This document shows, piece after piece, positions 11,501 through 24,342 of a stretch of DNA of 64,000 nt. Each line of letters opens with the position of its first letter. Within the stretch, counting starts at the first letter, position 1. The DNA is from Orbicella franksi (taxonomy: Eukaryota). The notes beneath the pieces were generated by a model, which saw only the letters and a program-made list of their open reading frames with translations, was not told the DNA's origin and made no database searches. The stretch spans positions 27,900,001-27,964,000 of the forward strand of contig OZ116703.1 in assembly GCA_964199315.1 (NCBI GenBank), written 5' to 3'. The translations under genes were made by a program, and so were the position numbers.

Positions 11501-14500
11501 CTTTTCACACTTTCTTTGCTTCATTTTTGGGGAAATTGTTTTTGATACTTGGCACCTTTTTGTTGTTGAAGCGATGGAATTCTAGTGTTAACAATCTTTT
11601 TAGGGTTGAGAAGGTAAAATTGGTGATCACCTGGATTTTGATTTGTTTAGGTTGGCATTTCTGGGTCTGGTTGATCGGCTTTTTTACTGGGAACAGTTTT
11701 GGGTGAAACGTTGATTTTGAACAATTTTGAACAATATTCGACAGTACTTTCAGCTAAATCAACCAAACTTTGCTTTCTTGCTCAACTGAATTGGAAGAAA
11801 ATTCAACCAACACAGACAATGGAAAAGGCTGTTGTTCCTAATAGACCACAGGCTAGCAGTTATCATTTGTTTTAATTGGAAGAGTGCTCTGTTCGGACAT
11901 TTAAATGAAAACAAGTTGTGGGTGAAGTGGTTTGGCTCAGCAGAATGTTATCTTACTTCAGCTCTAAGAGGTTAACGGTGCCTCTACGTGATTTCCTTAG
12001 TAATGTTTTTGCTGCAGTTGTCACATTTTTATCAGCTTTGTGATGTATTGTTGAACATATTGTCCCTTTCAGCAATCAGGCAAGAAAGGAAAGACACCTG
12101 TTCCTGTTGCGAAGGTTAGAACACTTTTTTGTTCTTGTAAACATATTTGAATTCAGTTGTAGAAGAGGTTTTAATTGAGTGTCTTAATACCAAAACCAAA
12201 CTGGTAATTACTTTGGCCAATCAGATAGGATGCTGACAATCAAGTGAACCGATCACAACTCTAAGCAAGTTGTTGCATTGGTGGAAAGGGTAGGAAAATG
12301 TGTATGAGCAAGCCACAATAATATTGTGATTTCTTGCTCACACATGTTTGACTCAATTCCTTTTCTCCTCTTGGAAAATAAGGTCAGAACTCATAGATTT
12401 ACCAAACCAATTATTGGTTTTGGTTTTACTTTTGATGAGATAATGAAGTGGCATTTGTTTTTTTTTAATCCATTGTGTAGCATAGTACCTTATGCAAAAC
12501 CAAACCAAATGCAAATTACTTCACTCAGATGAAAACCTCCCTATCAAGTAATTCTTATTGTGAATTAAGTTATTGTTTCTTGCTGTACATGTTGTTAATC
12601 AAAATGTGAATATAATCAAACATTTTCATTTCTAGCCAAAGCCTAAGAGCAAGAAACAACTGCAAGCTGAGCAAAGACGAAGAGAAAAAGTAGGTGTCGG
12701 GCTCATTTGCAAAACTTGACATATTTGAAAAAAAAGTCGGTTTCCAGTTATTAAATTTAGTTGTCATCGAGTAGAAGACCTCTAATGGTGATTTATGTCC
12801 ATTGTAGGAAATGGAGAAGATTGCAATGGAATTGGAAGAGAAACGGAAAGAAGAAGAGGAGAAAGAGAAGCAAAGGAAACAGGTGCAGAGATCTTGACAT
12901 ACAAATTACATGTCTTATATTAAATACATGTAAATGTAGTGTCACATGTTTGTGTGTGTGTCCGAATGGAAAACTGTCGGCTAATGAGCCTTTCTTCCTT
13001 TGTGATTGACTGAAGCAATTAAAAAAACTTAATAAGACTATCTGATGTGCAAACTGTATCTCACATATTGTGCAGCAGCAACCAAAAGCTATAATACTTT
13101 TCTTAGGTGCAGTTTTGTCCTTGTTCAGTTTGTCCCCTTTAAATTTGTTTGTTTGTTTGTTTTGTCTCCTTGTTTGCTCCTTTCATAATATTAATATTAT
13201 TATAGTTCATGAACTGGTACTGTAATGAGTCAATTTTCTTTTATTTAAGTTGCTGTAAACAATATAATCAATATAAGATGTGTGAACTGTAAAATATTGT
13301 ATTGTAACTAGTTTTTGTGTGTTGCATTAAAAAAAAATAAAATAAAAAGTAAGAAAAGAAATTTAAAAAATACATATTGTGTAGGACTGACAAAGACTAC
13401 ATTTTGATAAATGGATCGTGGCTAGGACATTGTGGTAATTGTGTATAGTGAAGGGGATCTCCATCCTTTCTGACCATTCACATGAAAGCTAAATACTGAA
13501 GAAGGTTTTCTTACTTAGGAATGATATCCTGTGACATTACTGTTAGTATCTGTAAATATCAATGGAGGCAGTTTGGCCGAGTGGTCAGCACTTCGGACTC
13601 TCAATCGAGCGGTCCCAGGTTCGAGTCCCACTCTGACCACTACCTGGATTTGTTTCACGGTACTCTTGAGTTCAAATTCTTGGCCATGCTGTAAATAGCC
13701 AACTGGTTTGCCTCTGGCCAGTTGGGATTCTTAACAATGTTATGTTCAATTTGAATTATTTGTTTCAGTTATTTGCTGGGCCTCAATAGCCTTTGTGCTA
13801 TAAACACTGCCGTGGGTAAATAAAGGTTATTTAATTTTTTATTATTATTTTATTAACTTTTTTTTTTACATTTCTAGCTGGAGGTTGAAAAACAGAAACG
13901 ATTAGAAGAAGAGAGAATAAAAGCACAGAATGAAGAGAGGAAAAGGCGTGAAAGGTGAGAATTATTATGCTGCTACACATACACTGGTAAATGTTTTTGT
14001 GGACTAAACGAAATGATTATGCTTCAGTAGACCATCTATTATTTGTCTTACTGAAGGTAAGTACCTGATTTTTAATAAGTTTTGATTCGAGTGGAGGGAA
14101 CCAAATCTTGATGTTGTTTCTGACAATTGATATCAATTTTACTCTGAAGTTTGAAATGATTGACATACATTCTTCCACAGCTTCAGATGGAATGCCTGTT
14201 TTCTGTTAAACATGGTTCATATAATTTATCAAACAATTTACCATAATGATTATTTTAAAAATCACTTAAAATAGGGAACAAAAAGAACGTGAAAAACAAC
14301 AGAAGCTTGAACAAGAGAAAGAAGAGAAAAGACGCCGGCAGCAGGAGGAGGAGAAAAAGCGGAGAGAAGAGGAAGAAAAACGGAGGAAAGCTGAAAAGGA
14401 AAAGGCTGACAAAGAGAAAGCAGCAAAGAAGGTAAATGCTCTGAAGTGCTGTTTGCAGAAGCATATTGTTATAATCAGTAGAGCCCTCAGTGGGGTTTGT

Positions 14501-17500
14501 AGCCATAGCTGGGAAAGCAGTTCAGGCTATTGGTGCAAATGGTGTTGTATTAATTTGCAAAATGACTGCAAGTCAATGGCTATTTGGGGAGCGGGAATGG
14601 CACAGTGGTGAGAGCACTTGTCTCCCATCAATTTGGAGGTTCAATTCAGCCCAGTGCCATATATGGTTGACTTGGTTATGGTTCTTGCTTTGCTCCAAGG
14701 GTTTTCATCCAGGTTCTCCAGTTTTTCTTCCTCCACAACAACCAACATCTACAAATTCCAGTTTGGCCAGAATAGAGGACCCACCTAAAAGCCTGTTAAG
14801 GCTGATGTGGCTTCCTCTTTAAATATTGTAATTTATTTAAGCTTGTGGTACCATGAAACAATTCAAACTGGCTATACATGTACTCGTAAATGTGTTCCAA
14901 ACTGAATCTGAGGCACCAGTTGACTACTTACATGGCTGCATCATGCCAGTCGGTTCCTAGGGTTATGTCTGCCCTCGATGGGTGACAGAATTGCAAGGTT
15001 TGCACCTCCAATACCTTGCAACTTGACTAGGCCATCCCTACAATGTTGAAAGTCCTGATTTGGTAAAAGCCTTGCTAATCACACACTTTTTGTATTTTTT
15101 AGGCTGCTCAACAGGCAGCAAAAGGTGAGTTTTTATTGCCAGCCACATGTAAAATTGAGAGGATGATCCATTTAGGGATGTTTTATACTTGATACTTTTT
15201 TTTTGATGGCATAATGGTAGTCAAATGTTATTTTGGTTTAAGTCAATGTGTTGTTGTTTTGCAGAAAAAGAAGAGAAAGAAAAAGCTGCAAATAAGAATC
15301 AGGTGAGTTCTGATGACACTGATAACCAACAGTGACAGAAAGCTCATCTTTCCTTACATGTATTTTCCCCTGGCAATTGTCGAGAAGATAAGTGATGAGA
15401 ATAAAGAACTTTAATAATGAGAGGCTGTTTCCCCAATGTTTGGTAATCCATGAGGAGAGATAAAAAGTTTCAAAAAACCCCATGCAGCAACTGATAAAAG
15501 AGAGGTTTGACTTATGAATCTAGTGCAGGGATGGCGGAGCGTGTTTCGAATTGCGGGAGGCTCACAAATGAGCACCAGAGGCACTAACTTGTAGGGGGTC
15601 AGGAAATATTTGTAAAATTATTATTTGATATATTTTTGCTTGAAACTGAGGGGGTGGGGGGGGGGGGGTGCTAAAGCCCCCTGGCTCTACCGTCCCTGTA
15701 GTGATATCTAGGTGCATCATTGTTCCTGTAATTCAACATCATGTACAATAGCACAACACATTTAGTATTAATTTTACTTTCTGACTGTTAACAATGAAGA
15801 ACATGAAGAGGCAACAGCAACAGCAGCGTACAGATCAGCAACAATACCCTAGAGAAATACCACCAAGATTTCAAAGGAAAATGAAACAACAACAACAACA
15901 ACAACAGCAACAGGCACAGTTTCAAGCACCTTCACAGCAACTACCACAGCAACAGTCACTTCCACAGCAGCCAAAGATTCAACCAAAGCCTGCTCCTCCA
16001 GGTGATGTAAATCATACTAGATTGTATTTTTGTCAAAAAAGAGATCATTGAATCCCCTATAATTGCTTTCATCGCAGCTGTCAAAAGGGTGCCAGTGATT
16101 TTAATCGTTGGAAACAGTGGTATGAGTTGTAGCCACAGCCAGTGATCCAATTGTGTAGTTTCATACATTGAGTAGACTGGAGCAAAATCATGCCCTTGTT
16201 TTGAACAAGAAAATAGTTGATATTAAGTCTATGTTGAAGAGGGTATAATTTTTTAAAAGCTGAGTTTAAAGACATCAAAGATCGGTTACAAGGTTGAACA
16301 GCTTGTTGGCTAGATTCTATTTCATCCTCACAACCACTGGAAATCTCATATTTCTGCTCTAGTATCCACAAAGGACAGATGAGTTTTTGGCAATTGATGA
16401 CTTTCTTCTTACCTTTCTTTGTTAGTTGGCAAGAAGAAGGATCCAAATCGTTTTGGGCCAAAGGAGTTTGCTGATGCCATAGAGCCTGTAGATGATTCAG
16501 GATGGTCACAGTCAACTCCTGGCAAGGGTTCGGGCTGGGGTAATTCACTGGAAACTTGGGAGGATTCTGACAAATGGGGCAGTGAGGACAGACAATGGGG
16601 TGATAAGGAAGGGACATGGGAAAAACTTGTCGTTGATGGGGGTGATAAAGACACTTGGCCTGCTGTTGGATCAAAGGGAGCAGTAGGCGATAAGTTAAAG
16701 ACTTCCTCAAGTGACGCTGGCTCTGAAAAGGGTCAGTATTCTGCCAATTCCTCACCAAAAACTTCTGTTTCTTCAATGTCTGCTACACTTAAGTCAGATA
16801 GCTCAGCTCAAGGAAATGTTACTTCCAATGTGGACAAAAAGTCATTGCCTTCTAGTAACTGGCAAGGGGCTTATCCAGCCCCGACTGAGAACTGGGATGT
16901 TATTGATGAGTCTATTGATCAAGCTATTGATGCTGCTGATGCAGCAACAGCTAAAGACAATACTGGACTAGCAGCAGGGTGGGGTGGAGTGGCTAAAGGG
17001 GGGTTGGGAGGGCTTATAGGAAACAGTTCAAACTGGGAGCTAAAGGACTCTTCTTCATCAGTACATAGTCAGGAATCTGGAAAGTGCGAGCTTGCGAACA
17101 ATTCAACTGCGTCTGAAGCTCCAAGCTGGAGCAAAACACCTGGAAAGGGATTTAAGACCAAATTACCAACAACATCAACTGTTGGGACTAGTAACGTCAC
17201 AACATCATGGGGAGGAACGCCTGCGGAGACCAATACTAAATGGACTGAACCCAACTCCAGTTCTGATGGAGTGACAAACTCGAAGTCAAGTAAACCACCA
17301 CTTTTGGATTCTACTTCTGTTGCTAAATCTGCTGCGGAAAATAAATCAGAACCGAGTATAACACCAAACTCTAGCAGTAAACTGTCTGCGTCCGGCTGGG
17401 GTGAAGCGCCGCCATCTAATCCCTCCAACTGGAGCAATTCTGCAGATATAACAGGTGCTGCGTGCTGGGACAGTGTTATGTCAAAATCAGATTCCTCTGA

Positions 17501-20500
17501 ACTTAAAGCTGCAAGTAACAGCAAAGTTTCTCAGTGGTTAGAAAGTACAGGAATGTCATTAGCAGATTTTGAGTGGGGACAAGAACACATGGAACATGAA
17601 GAAGGATCTGAGGGATCACTTGATGGGTGGACTACAGCATCCAAAAGGAACAGGGTAAGGGCTTGCCATTGCTATTCTCTGATTCATACCGTGTGGCTCG
17701 AAATTTCATGTTTGCTAACTCTAATAGCCCATTTTGTAGTTGTCTTTTGCCTCGGTGTCAAAACGAGTCTGTGCAAAGCCATTCATATGAAAATGAGTTC
17801 CTCCTACATGGTCTTAGGGACGCGCGGTGGCCTCATGGTTAGTGCACTCGACTCCGGAGCGAGCGGTCCAGGTTCGAGCCCTGGCAGGGGACATTGCGTT
17901 GTGTGCTTGGGCGAGATACTTTACTCTCACAGTGCCTCTCTCCACCCAGGTGTTTAAATGGGTGCCGGCGAATTCAATGCTGGGGGGTAACCAGCAGGAG
18001 AAGAAATACCCCTAGTCGCTTCATGCTACTGAAACCGGGATAGGCTCCGGCCTGATGAGCCACTTGGCTCGTATGCAGACTTTACCTTTACCTTTACCTT
18101 CACCTGCATTGTCATTTTCATGCAAATCAAACTCCTTTTCATATGGAAGGTTTTGCACAAAGACTAGCTTTGAGACAGAGACACAAGGTAACTGGATGGC
18201 CTATTTTTGCGGTTATTTTTTTTTGCGATCCGCAAAAATAAGTTTCTGCGAAAAAAAATCTCGCAAAAACGTTCTCCGCAAAAATTTACTTCATTGGCGA
18301 AATTATGCGTACAAACATCGCATGTGGAATCTTGGTGCCATTTATTTACAACGTCTCTCGAAACAGGAGAGAAATACATTAAGTGATGCCGTAGTTTTTG
18401 CTGAGCCATTGCCGGAGCAATCAATCCAAACTAGGGCAAGACGTAATTGTAATAGCGCGATACCGAGTGCCGCGGCTTACATCTCCGCATGTTTTTCACT
18501 GACTTGTCAGTTGCGTGTAGTTAAATAAAAGAAAACAAAAAAGTAATTCCAATTAAACGCGACTCCCTGATAAACGTAAAATTTAATACCCAGCAAGAAA
18601 AACCAGTCTTTCACAATCGCAAAAATTGGTTGCCACAAAATGCAAAAAATCGGCAATCCGCAAAATTTAACTCACGCCAAAGTTTCGTGCCATACGGTAT
18701 CAGCGTACAACCTTTATACTGTTTGACATTCTTCTTGGATCCAGGTAACAGTTTCTTTTTGAATCAGACACTCAGTTCTGGTCCCAGCCACACGCTCAGA
18801 AAAAGAAAAGGACACTGACATCATTTTTGTAGCTCTTAGGAGCAGACCAATCTCATAAGATGAATATTTATTCTGGTCTCAAGGTTAAATATGATTTCTT
18901 AGCCTTTATTAACCGAGCAGGAGGTCTGTATGGGAGAATCTTGTCCGAGGTCGTGAGTACAGACCGAACGCAAGATTCTCCCATTCGACTAAGCTCGGTT
19001 AATAAGATGTTTATTATATGGCAAACAAGATAAATTTAATTCGTTTAATGTAACTGGCTTGTACCAGCTGACATTTTGCTTGCGAACGGCGATGAGCTGA
19101 ACTTAATTCTGCTTAAGTCTGCTCAACCTCTTTACTTTTCTTTTCCTATCAGGCTTTTTGGCGCTTCCATAAATAAATACTTTTAAGAAAATAGTCAATA
19201 TTTTTGCATTTTAATTTGCATCTTTTTCACCGCAAAGCATTACCGGTCTAGATGGGAAAATCTAGGCCGTTTTCAATGTTGATTTCAGCCAATCAAATTC
19301 GTGAATTCGGTAGTTTCCAGTCCTTGTGAGAAACAGCCATTTAATAATGTAAATTATTACTTAAAGTAATGCGCTACTGTTGTGTTACTGATGGGTCACT
19401 GTTATTAATGGTTTGGGTGTGTTTTAGGCTCCTAAACCTGCTAATGATTCAAATGCTTGGATGAACAGATCTCTTAAACAACTGCTAGACATGGGCTTTA
19501 AGGTGAGGAAACATATCTACTTAATGACGACTGCTGTCTTGGCTAATACTTTTTCAACTATTTGACATAGAGTTGAAGTTGAGCGCACGTGTCTCATCCT
19601 GCTTGTTGAACTCGTTTGGAAAAGGAAATACAATCTTAAAGGTCGTCTTGACTTGGGCTTGAGGATAAGAGAATCCATAAGTTAAAGATATTATGTTTAT
19701 TACGTGAAATGTTTTGCTGATCAAGGTGCAATGTTACCAATATTTCTCTTCTATAGTAATTTGCTTCAGGCATCAAGCAGGTTACTGCAGGGGCCTTATT
19801 TATTGTGAAGAGTTCTTAAGAGTTTGCGTAATGGATGAGAATTATTAGAGTAGGCGCTTAATAGGTTAAATGGTTTGTCATAATTACAATACCGTCTTTG
19901 TCATCGTTTACGGCAGAGTGGAAATAAGCTTGCTCCGAGTCTTAACTAAATGAAGAGGAAGGCTCCACCCGTCTTTTCTTAATATATTTGGAAATACTGA
20001 ATGCCGTGTGTTTTCTCGTTGTGTACAGCAAGACGACGCGGAGAAAGCTCTCAAGGCAAATCATATGAACATCGAAAGTGCAATAGGTAAGTTCGGTAAC
20101 TCTTCGAGTTCCGTGCAATAGAGCAGGTAGTCAAAAGTCGAAGTAAAACTCTGCAACCCGTGCAGTGTAATCTGCCTCGAGCCTAGTCATGTCAGGTAAA
20201 ACTTACTGATTAGACAAACAAATTCTCCTACGAAAATCAGGAATGTGAACCGCACGGAGTGAGGAGAATTTGAGTTCTAACCTCGCAACTGTTGATGTGT
20301 TTTCAGGGGACCTCCTTGCTATGAACATCAGTGAAAGCATGGAACAGACTGTACCTGTTCCAGGGGGAAAACTACAGGAACCTGACCCAGCAGAGGCAGC
20401 GAGGATCCAACAACAACAGCAACAAAGTCAGAGTAAACTGAACAGGAAACAGCGAAGGAAACTTCAACAACAGCAGCAACAACAACAAGCTGAACAAAAC

Positions 20501-23500
20501 ACTCTTGCGTCAAAAACGGATCCGAAACAAGGACAAACTGAACTCGTAGTCTCTAAGTCAATGACTCAAACCAGCGATACTCCTTCTAAACCAGATAGTG
20601 AGCAACAGAATAACACTTCAGAAACTCAATATGCATCTAAGACGGATGAAACACAACAGGACTCTAACTCAAAACCAAGTGCACCAGCAGCAAAAAGTGA
20701 TAAACCACCTTTGTCGGTAGCTGGGCCCTCGAAGCCCTCTAATGGACAAGCTCAGTTGTCAGGAAATGGTAAAAGAGCAGGCCCACCATTAATACCTCCT
20801 GCGCCAGGCCCTGGGGTACAGGCACCCTTGAGACCTCCTCTGGCACATCCTTTACTTCACCCTCAGCTTGTTCAGCAGTTTCATCTTCAGCAGCTACGGA
20901 TGGCTCAAGGAGGACTCCTTCAACCTCCCTTCACTCCTCAACAGTTCGCCATGTTACAGCAGATCGCTCAGCTTCAGCTCGTTCAGCAGCGTCTGGCTGC
21001 ACAATCTGTTGCCCAGCAACACATGGGACAGAAACAACAAGTAGTTCCTCAACAGCAGCTGTATCAACAGCAACAGCAGATTGCGCTCATGATCGCTCAG
21101 ATGCAGCAACAAGTTCTACAGCAGCAGCCGGGCCTGGCAGGGAGACATCCTGCTCTGCCGTTTACTGCAGTGCAGCAACAACAGCAGCAATCACTCATCC
21201 AGCAACAACAACAACAGCAGCAGTCGTCTCCTACTGCACAACAAAAAGGTAATAAGCCTGCAACGAATGAGAAGCCAACGAGTGAGCCTGCACAGAATAA
21301 GACAACAGACACTGTTAAATCTCAGCCAAATGAACCTTCTAACGTTCCACCAGCAACAACGGAAGAACAAACCAAACAACCTTCTCCCGTCCCGCAATCT
21401 CGATTAACACAATGGAAACAGCCGTTATTACAGGATCCTTCAGCTGTCACTCAACCTTCAGTCACCAGTAGCATACCCACCCCAGTGGACTCTAATCCTC
21501 CAACAGTTTCAACGTCTTCACAGTCCACTTCTTCTGTACTTTCTAGTGTTGTGTCAGCTCCTTCCATTTCAACTAATGAAGTCTCTGACCCGTCTGCTCC
21601 CAACAGCAACAATGTGTCTCCACGTACGAGGATTCCGGATCCAGTCTCTAGCAGGTGGGGTGTGGATGCGGGTCCCAAGCTATCTGCTGACCCACCTGAA
21701 TTTAAACCAGGTGTCCCGTGGCGTCCCGCTCCAAGAAACGAGAAACGGGACGACGGACGAGACGTCGTTTCTCCTAGTACTGTGGAAGTTTCAAGTCGCA
21801 CGTCCTCCAGTAGTAGCGATTCTCAAACAGATAGTTGGTCGAATCCAAGCAACCAACCTGTTAGTGCGCCAAGCAGTGCACCTCCTGTGAACACTGGAAA
21901 GGTAGCGGATGATGCTGTCAGCACCACTGCTAATTCCGGCTTCTCTGGACTGTCAATCAATAACAGTACATTCGAATCGAGTGCGATTGATTTCGGACGG
22001 AGCTCCACTCCTTGGCAATCAACCGAAAGTAAAACCCCACCCCAACTTCCACAAGGAACAAACAAACTGGCTTCCAATGCTGCGTCACTGTTAAGACCTC
22101 CCCCGGGTCTGGGAACTGAAAAGTCCCTGCCCGAGTCCCCCCTGTTTGACGATGAACCTCCAGCTTGGTTGAAAAGCTTAATAGACGGCTCCAGCCTTGC
22201 TGGCGACAAAACCCAGCCTGAATTTCAGTTCAGTCGTTTTGGTTTTGCTAACAATCCTGCGCCGTGGAGTCCGCGAGATGCAAGCCCACAGCCCTTTAGT
22301 CCCTTGACACCTAATCCTCAGCCTTGGGCTGCTGTGGGGGGTCCTGCCCCTACATTATCATCCTCAGCGTCAGCAGTGTCCATGGCAACAAGTGAGATTG
22401 TTCGGAGTGGAAGTGTCAGTGCTGCTGAGCCATCTAAGCTGCAGAATTCGGGAATCATCTGGTCTACAAATCAACCCATCCCTAGTGCTGAAGAAAAGTT
22501 ACCTGGGACTCTCCCTGGGGCGTCTGTTCCTGCTGTATCCGCAGCCAGCGGTGTTGCACCATCCAGGAACACGGTCAATTCGATGTCAACGTGGTTGGTT
22601 CTCCGCAATCTGTCACCAAGGGTGAGTTTTAATGATGCGACCTGAACGCCAGTGTCTTGTAGTGTACTGGGTGTACTGCGTCTTGTAACTTGATGGAGAA
22701 TCAGCCTTGAGGCGAGCGTCCATCTTCGCGCTAAACTCCCACTAAAAACTTAATATCATTGCTGTTTTATATACGACACCTGTCTCATTTTGGTTACTTG
22801 CGCGCAAGAATTCTTCAGCATGGAAATTTTCTTGTCCAATCTCAAACAGTTTTCTTGAACGCGCTACGGGAGACGCCTGTTTCATTATGCTAAGGAGCAG
22901 CCAGTTTCCATATTTCTCCTAAAAATGTAGTTTTCTCGATGTATAACCGTCTCTCGGGCGTAGCGTCTAATCAGTTTGTCTTTTATTTTCAGATGGATCC
23001 CAAAGCTCTCCGTCCCCTGTGTGAGAGGCATGGACCACTACTCACATTCCAACTGAATCTCCGTCATGGCAACAGCTTGATACGTTACGGCAGCATGGAG
23101 GAAGCTGCCAAGGCGAGGGCGGCACTCAATGGCTTGATGATGAGTGGCACGCAGGTGGTGGCAGACTTCGCTACAGACAGTGACATCGGCAGTTTCTTCG
23201 AGCAAACTATGGACTGGAGCGCCAACCCATTTCCTAGCAACACTTACGGAAATCAATGGTCTTTCCAGAATGTCCTTGGATCCGCAGCAACCAGTGACAG
23301 TATTCAATCTGCACCTAAAGTACCAGCTGCAAAGAACCAACCACCAGTAACAACCACTGAGCAGCCTGTCCCTAAAATCAATAACCCAACACCTGGAATG
23401 CAGTGGGGTGCTGCTGTAGGGGCGTTGCCCCCAAAGGGCCTCGCTCCCGGCGAACAGTCCAAAATGAACCCGACGACTCCTCAGTGGGGAACCGGCTCGC

Positions 23501-23787
23501 AAAGCAGCGAGCAGCCTGGTACCAAGCCTAATACTGGAACCCCCGGCATGCCGTGGGGTAGTGCTCCGGGAGCCACGCCGGTCCCGTCATACTTGTGGGG
23601 CTCAGGCCCCCCGCAGCAGCCAGCCCTTGGAGGAAATTTTTCCCAGGTTCCCAGCATGTGGTCCTTTCCAGCTGGGGTCCCGCGTGACGTGGAGCCTCAG
23701 TCAGGATCTGGGGATGGGCTGGTTAGTCCTTCCATGACCACGTTCCTTCCGCCGGGGCTTCTGAATGGAGGAGGGGACCCGGTTTGA
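5585..23787 (+). CDS. TNRC6: GW182/TNRC6 miRNA-silencing effector with N-terminal DnaJ (J) domain; 19 exons: 5585-5651, 5870-5928, 6125-6194, 8041-8131, 9593-9665, 10052-10102, 11169-11234, 12073-12114, 12808-12882, 13878-13954, 14275-14431, 15103-15124, 15265-15302, 15800-16001, 16426-17654, 19428-19502, 20029-20086, 20307-22621, 22993-23787 (5562 nt, ~1853 aa)
   Basis: All joins are GT-AG and phase-consistent. J-domain: YLKILGV...IKRAYKRLALQFHPDK. TNRC6 N-terminal motif YPREIPPRF. GW/W-rich exon. UBA: WMNRSLKQLLDMGFKQDDAEKALKANHMNIESAI. Q-rich region. PAM2: [46 protein letters not shown]. C-terminal FLPPGLLNG motif. Confidence 0.93.
9254..9572 (+). mobile_element. tRNA-derived SINE (CORE-like central domain) in GW182 intron 4, with 14-bp TSD
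   Basis: A-box/B-box-like head (tggcctcatg...ggttcgagcc), central gggcaagacacttaactctcac segment, TSD atgtttactcattg at 9240-9253 and 9573-9586. Related copy at 17817-18100. Confidence 0.85.
10209..10863. mobile_element. Non-autonomous DNA transposon with 21-bp perfect TIRs, TTAA-type target (Kolobok-like)
   Basis: GGGGGGTCCTTCTTAACTACA at both ends in inverted orientation; flanks TTAA and TTGA. Confidence 0.8.
13563..13830 (+). mobile_element. tRNA-derived SINE, second family
   Basis: Head tggccgagtggtcagc...ggttcgagtccc. Related copy at 32871-33030. Confidence 0.7.
14587..14840 (+). mobile_element. tRNA-derived SINE, third family (degenerate)
   Basis: Head gggaatggcacagtggtgagagcac...ggttcaattc and a central gggttttcatccaggttctccagtttttcttcctcc segment resembling V-SINE-type domains (from memory). 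Confidence 0.55.
15526..15698. mobile_element. Short MITE with imperfect 15-bp TIRs
   Basis: CAGGGATGGCGGAGC ... GCTCTACCGTCCCTG, flanked on both sides by TAGTG. Confidence 0.6.
17817..18100 (+). mobile_element. tRNA-derived SINE (same family as 9254-9572) with (TTTACC)n tail
   Basis: Head ggtggcctcatggttagtgc...ggttcgagccc, central gggcgagatactttactctcacagtgcctctctccacccaggtg, tail tttacctttacctttacc. Confidence 0.88.
18200..18697. mobile_element. Partial TACCGT-ended MITE with ccgcaaaa subrepeats
   Basis: Right end ttcgtgccatacggta and repeated tccgcaaaa/ctcgcaaaa units; left end not identifiable. Confidence 0.45.
18906..19330. repeat. Interspersed repeat beginning with a ~100-nt hairpin
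   Basis: ttattaaccgagc...tgggagaatcttg / caagattctccca...gctcggttaataa inverted arms at 18906-19005. Confidence 0.55.
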
Positions 23788-24342
23788 CTGGAACCGTGAT
23801 AATGAACTCGGAATCATTTAGCAGCGTTATCGCATTGTAGTTTTATCGCTTACTTGTGTATTTGTTTCGTGTGTTGTGATGTGCGTGAGTTGGCCCTGAA
23901 AATGGGTCTTATGTGTTTCTACATCAATGTTTCAATATTGATTAAATCTCCCCATGCTATACAAATAAGTGTCCTTTTTGTTCCTCAAAAAGTGAGCTTC
24001 AGGCCTGGTTCATTCCTTGACGGGTTTTAAGGGAAAAAGCCCTGGTAACGAACTTGATGGGCCTACAGTCCTATAAACGTCCGGGAGATTTGCTTTGGAG
24101 TCCGGAAGACTTTGCTCTTCTAGCAGCCTTTCTTCATCCCTTGAATCCCCTTTCAAGCAATCAAACGATACCTTACGTTCCTATTTTTGCCAGATTTTTC
24201 CAGTGCTGTCGATGGTTTTATTTCTTATCAGGCCAGAAGCAAATCCTCCTTCCGAGATTAAAAGGTCAAAAATTTATTCGTGTATCCGATGAAGCTTATA
24301 TAAACTAGCGTGTTCCACAAGATCGTTTCGTTGTATCCGCCA

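Noticed and set aside
18906-19005. Pre-miRNA-like hairpin in a GW182 intron
   Set aside because: It is the terminal hairpin of an apparent interspersed repeat; no evidence of processing can be read from the sequence.
17430-22450. CTGCAG hexamers in the GW182 CDS as IRE1 RIDD sites
   Set aside because: The hexamer is frequent by chance, and I could not demonstrate the required stem-loop by eye.
16081-23502. Long antisense and alternative-frame ORFs over the GW182 exons (e.g. 16081-16776, 17069-17524, 23038-23502), and similarly 56401-56835 over RNPS1
   Set aside because: Shadow ORFs of low-complexity coding exons; no independent motifs or splice support.
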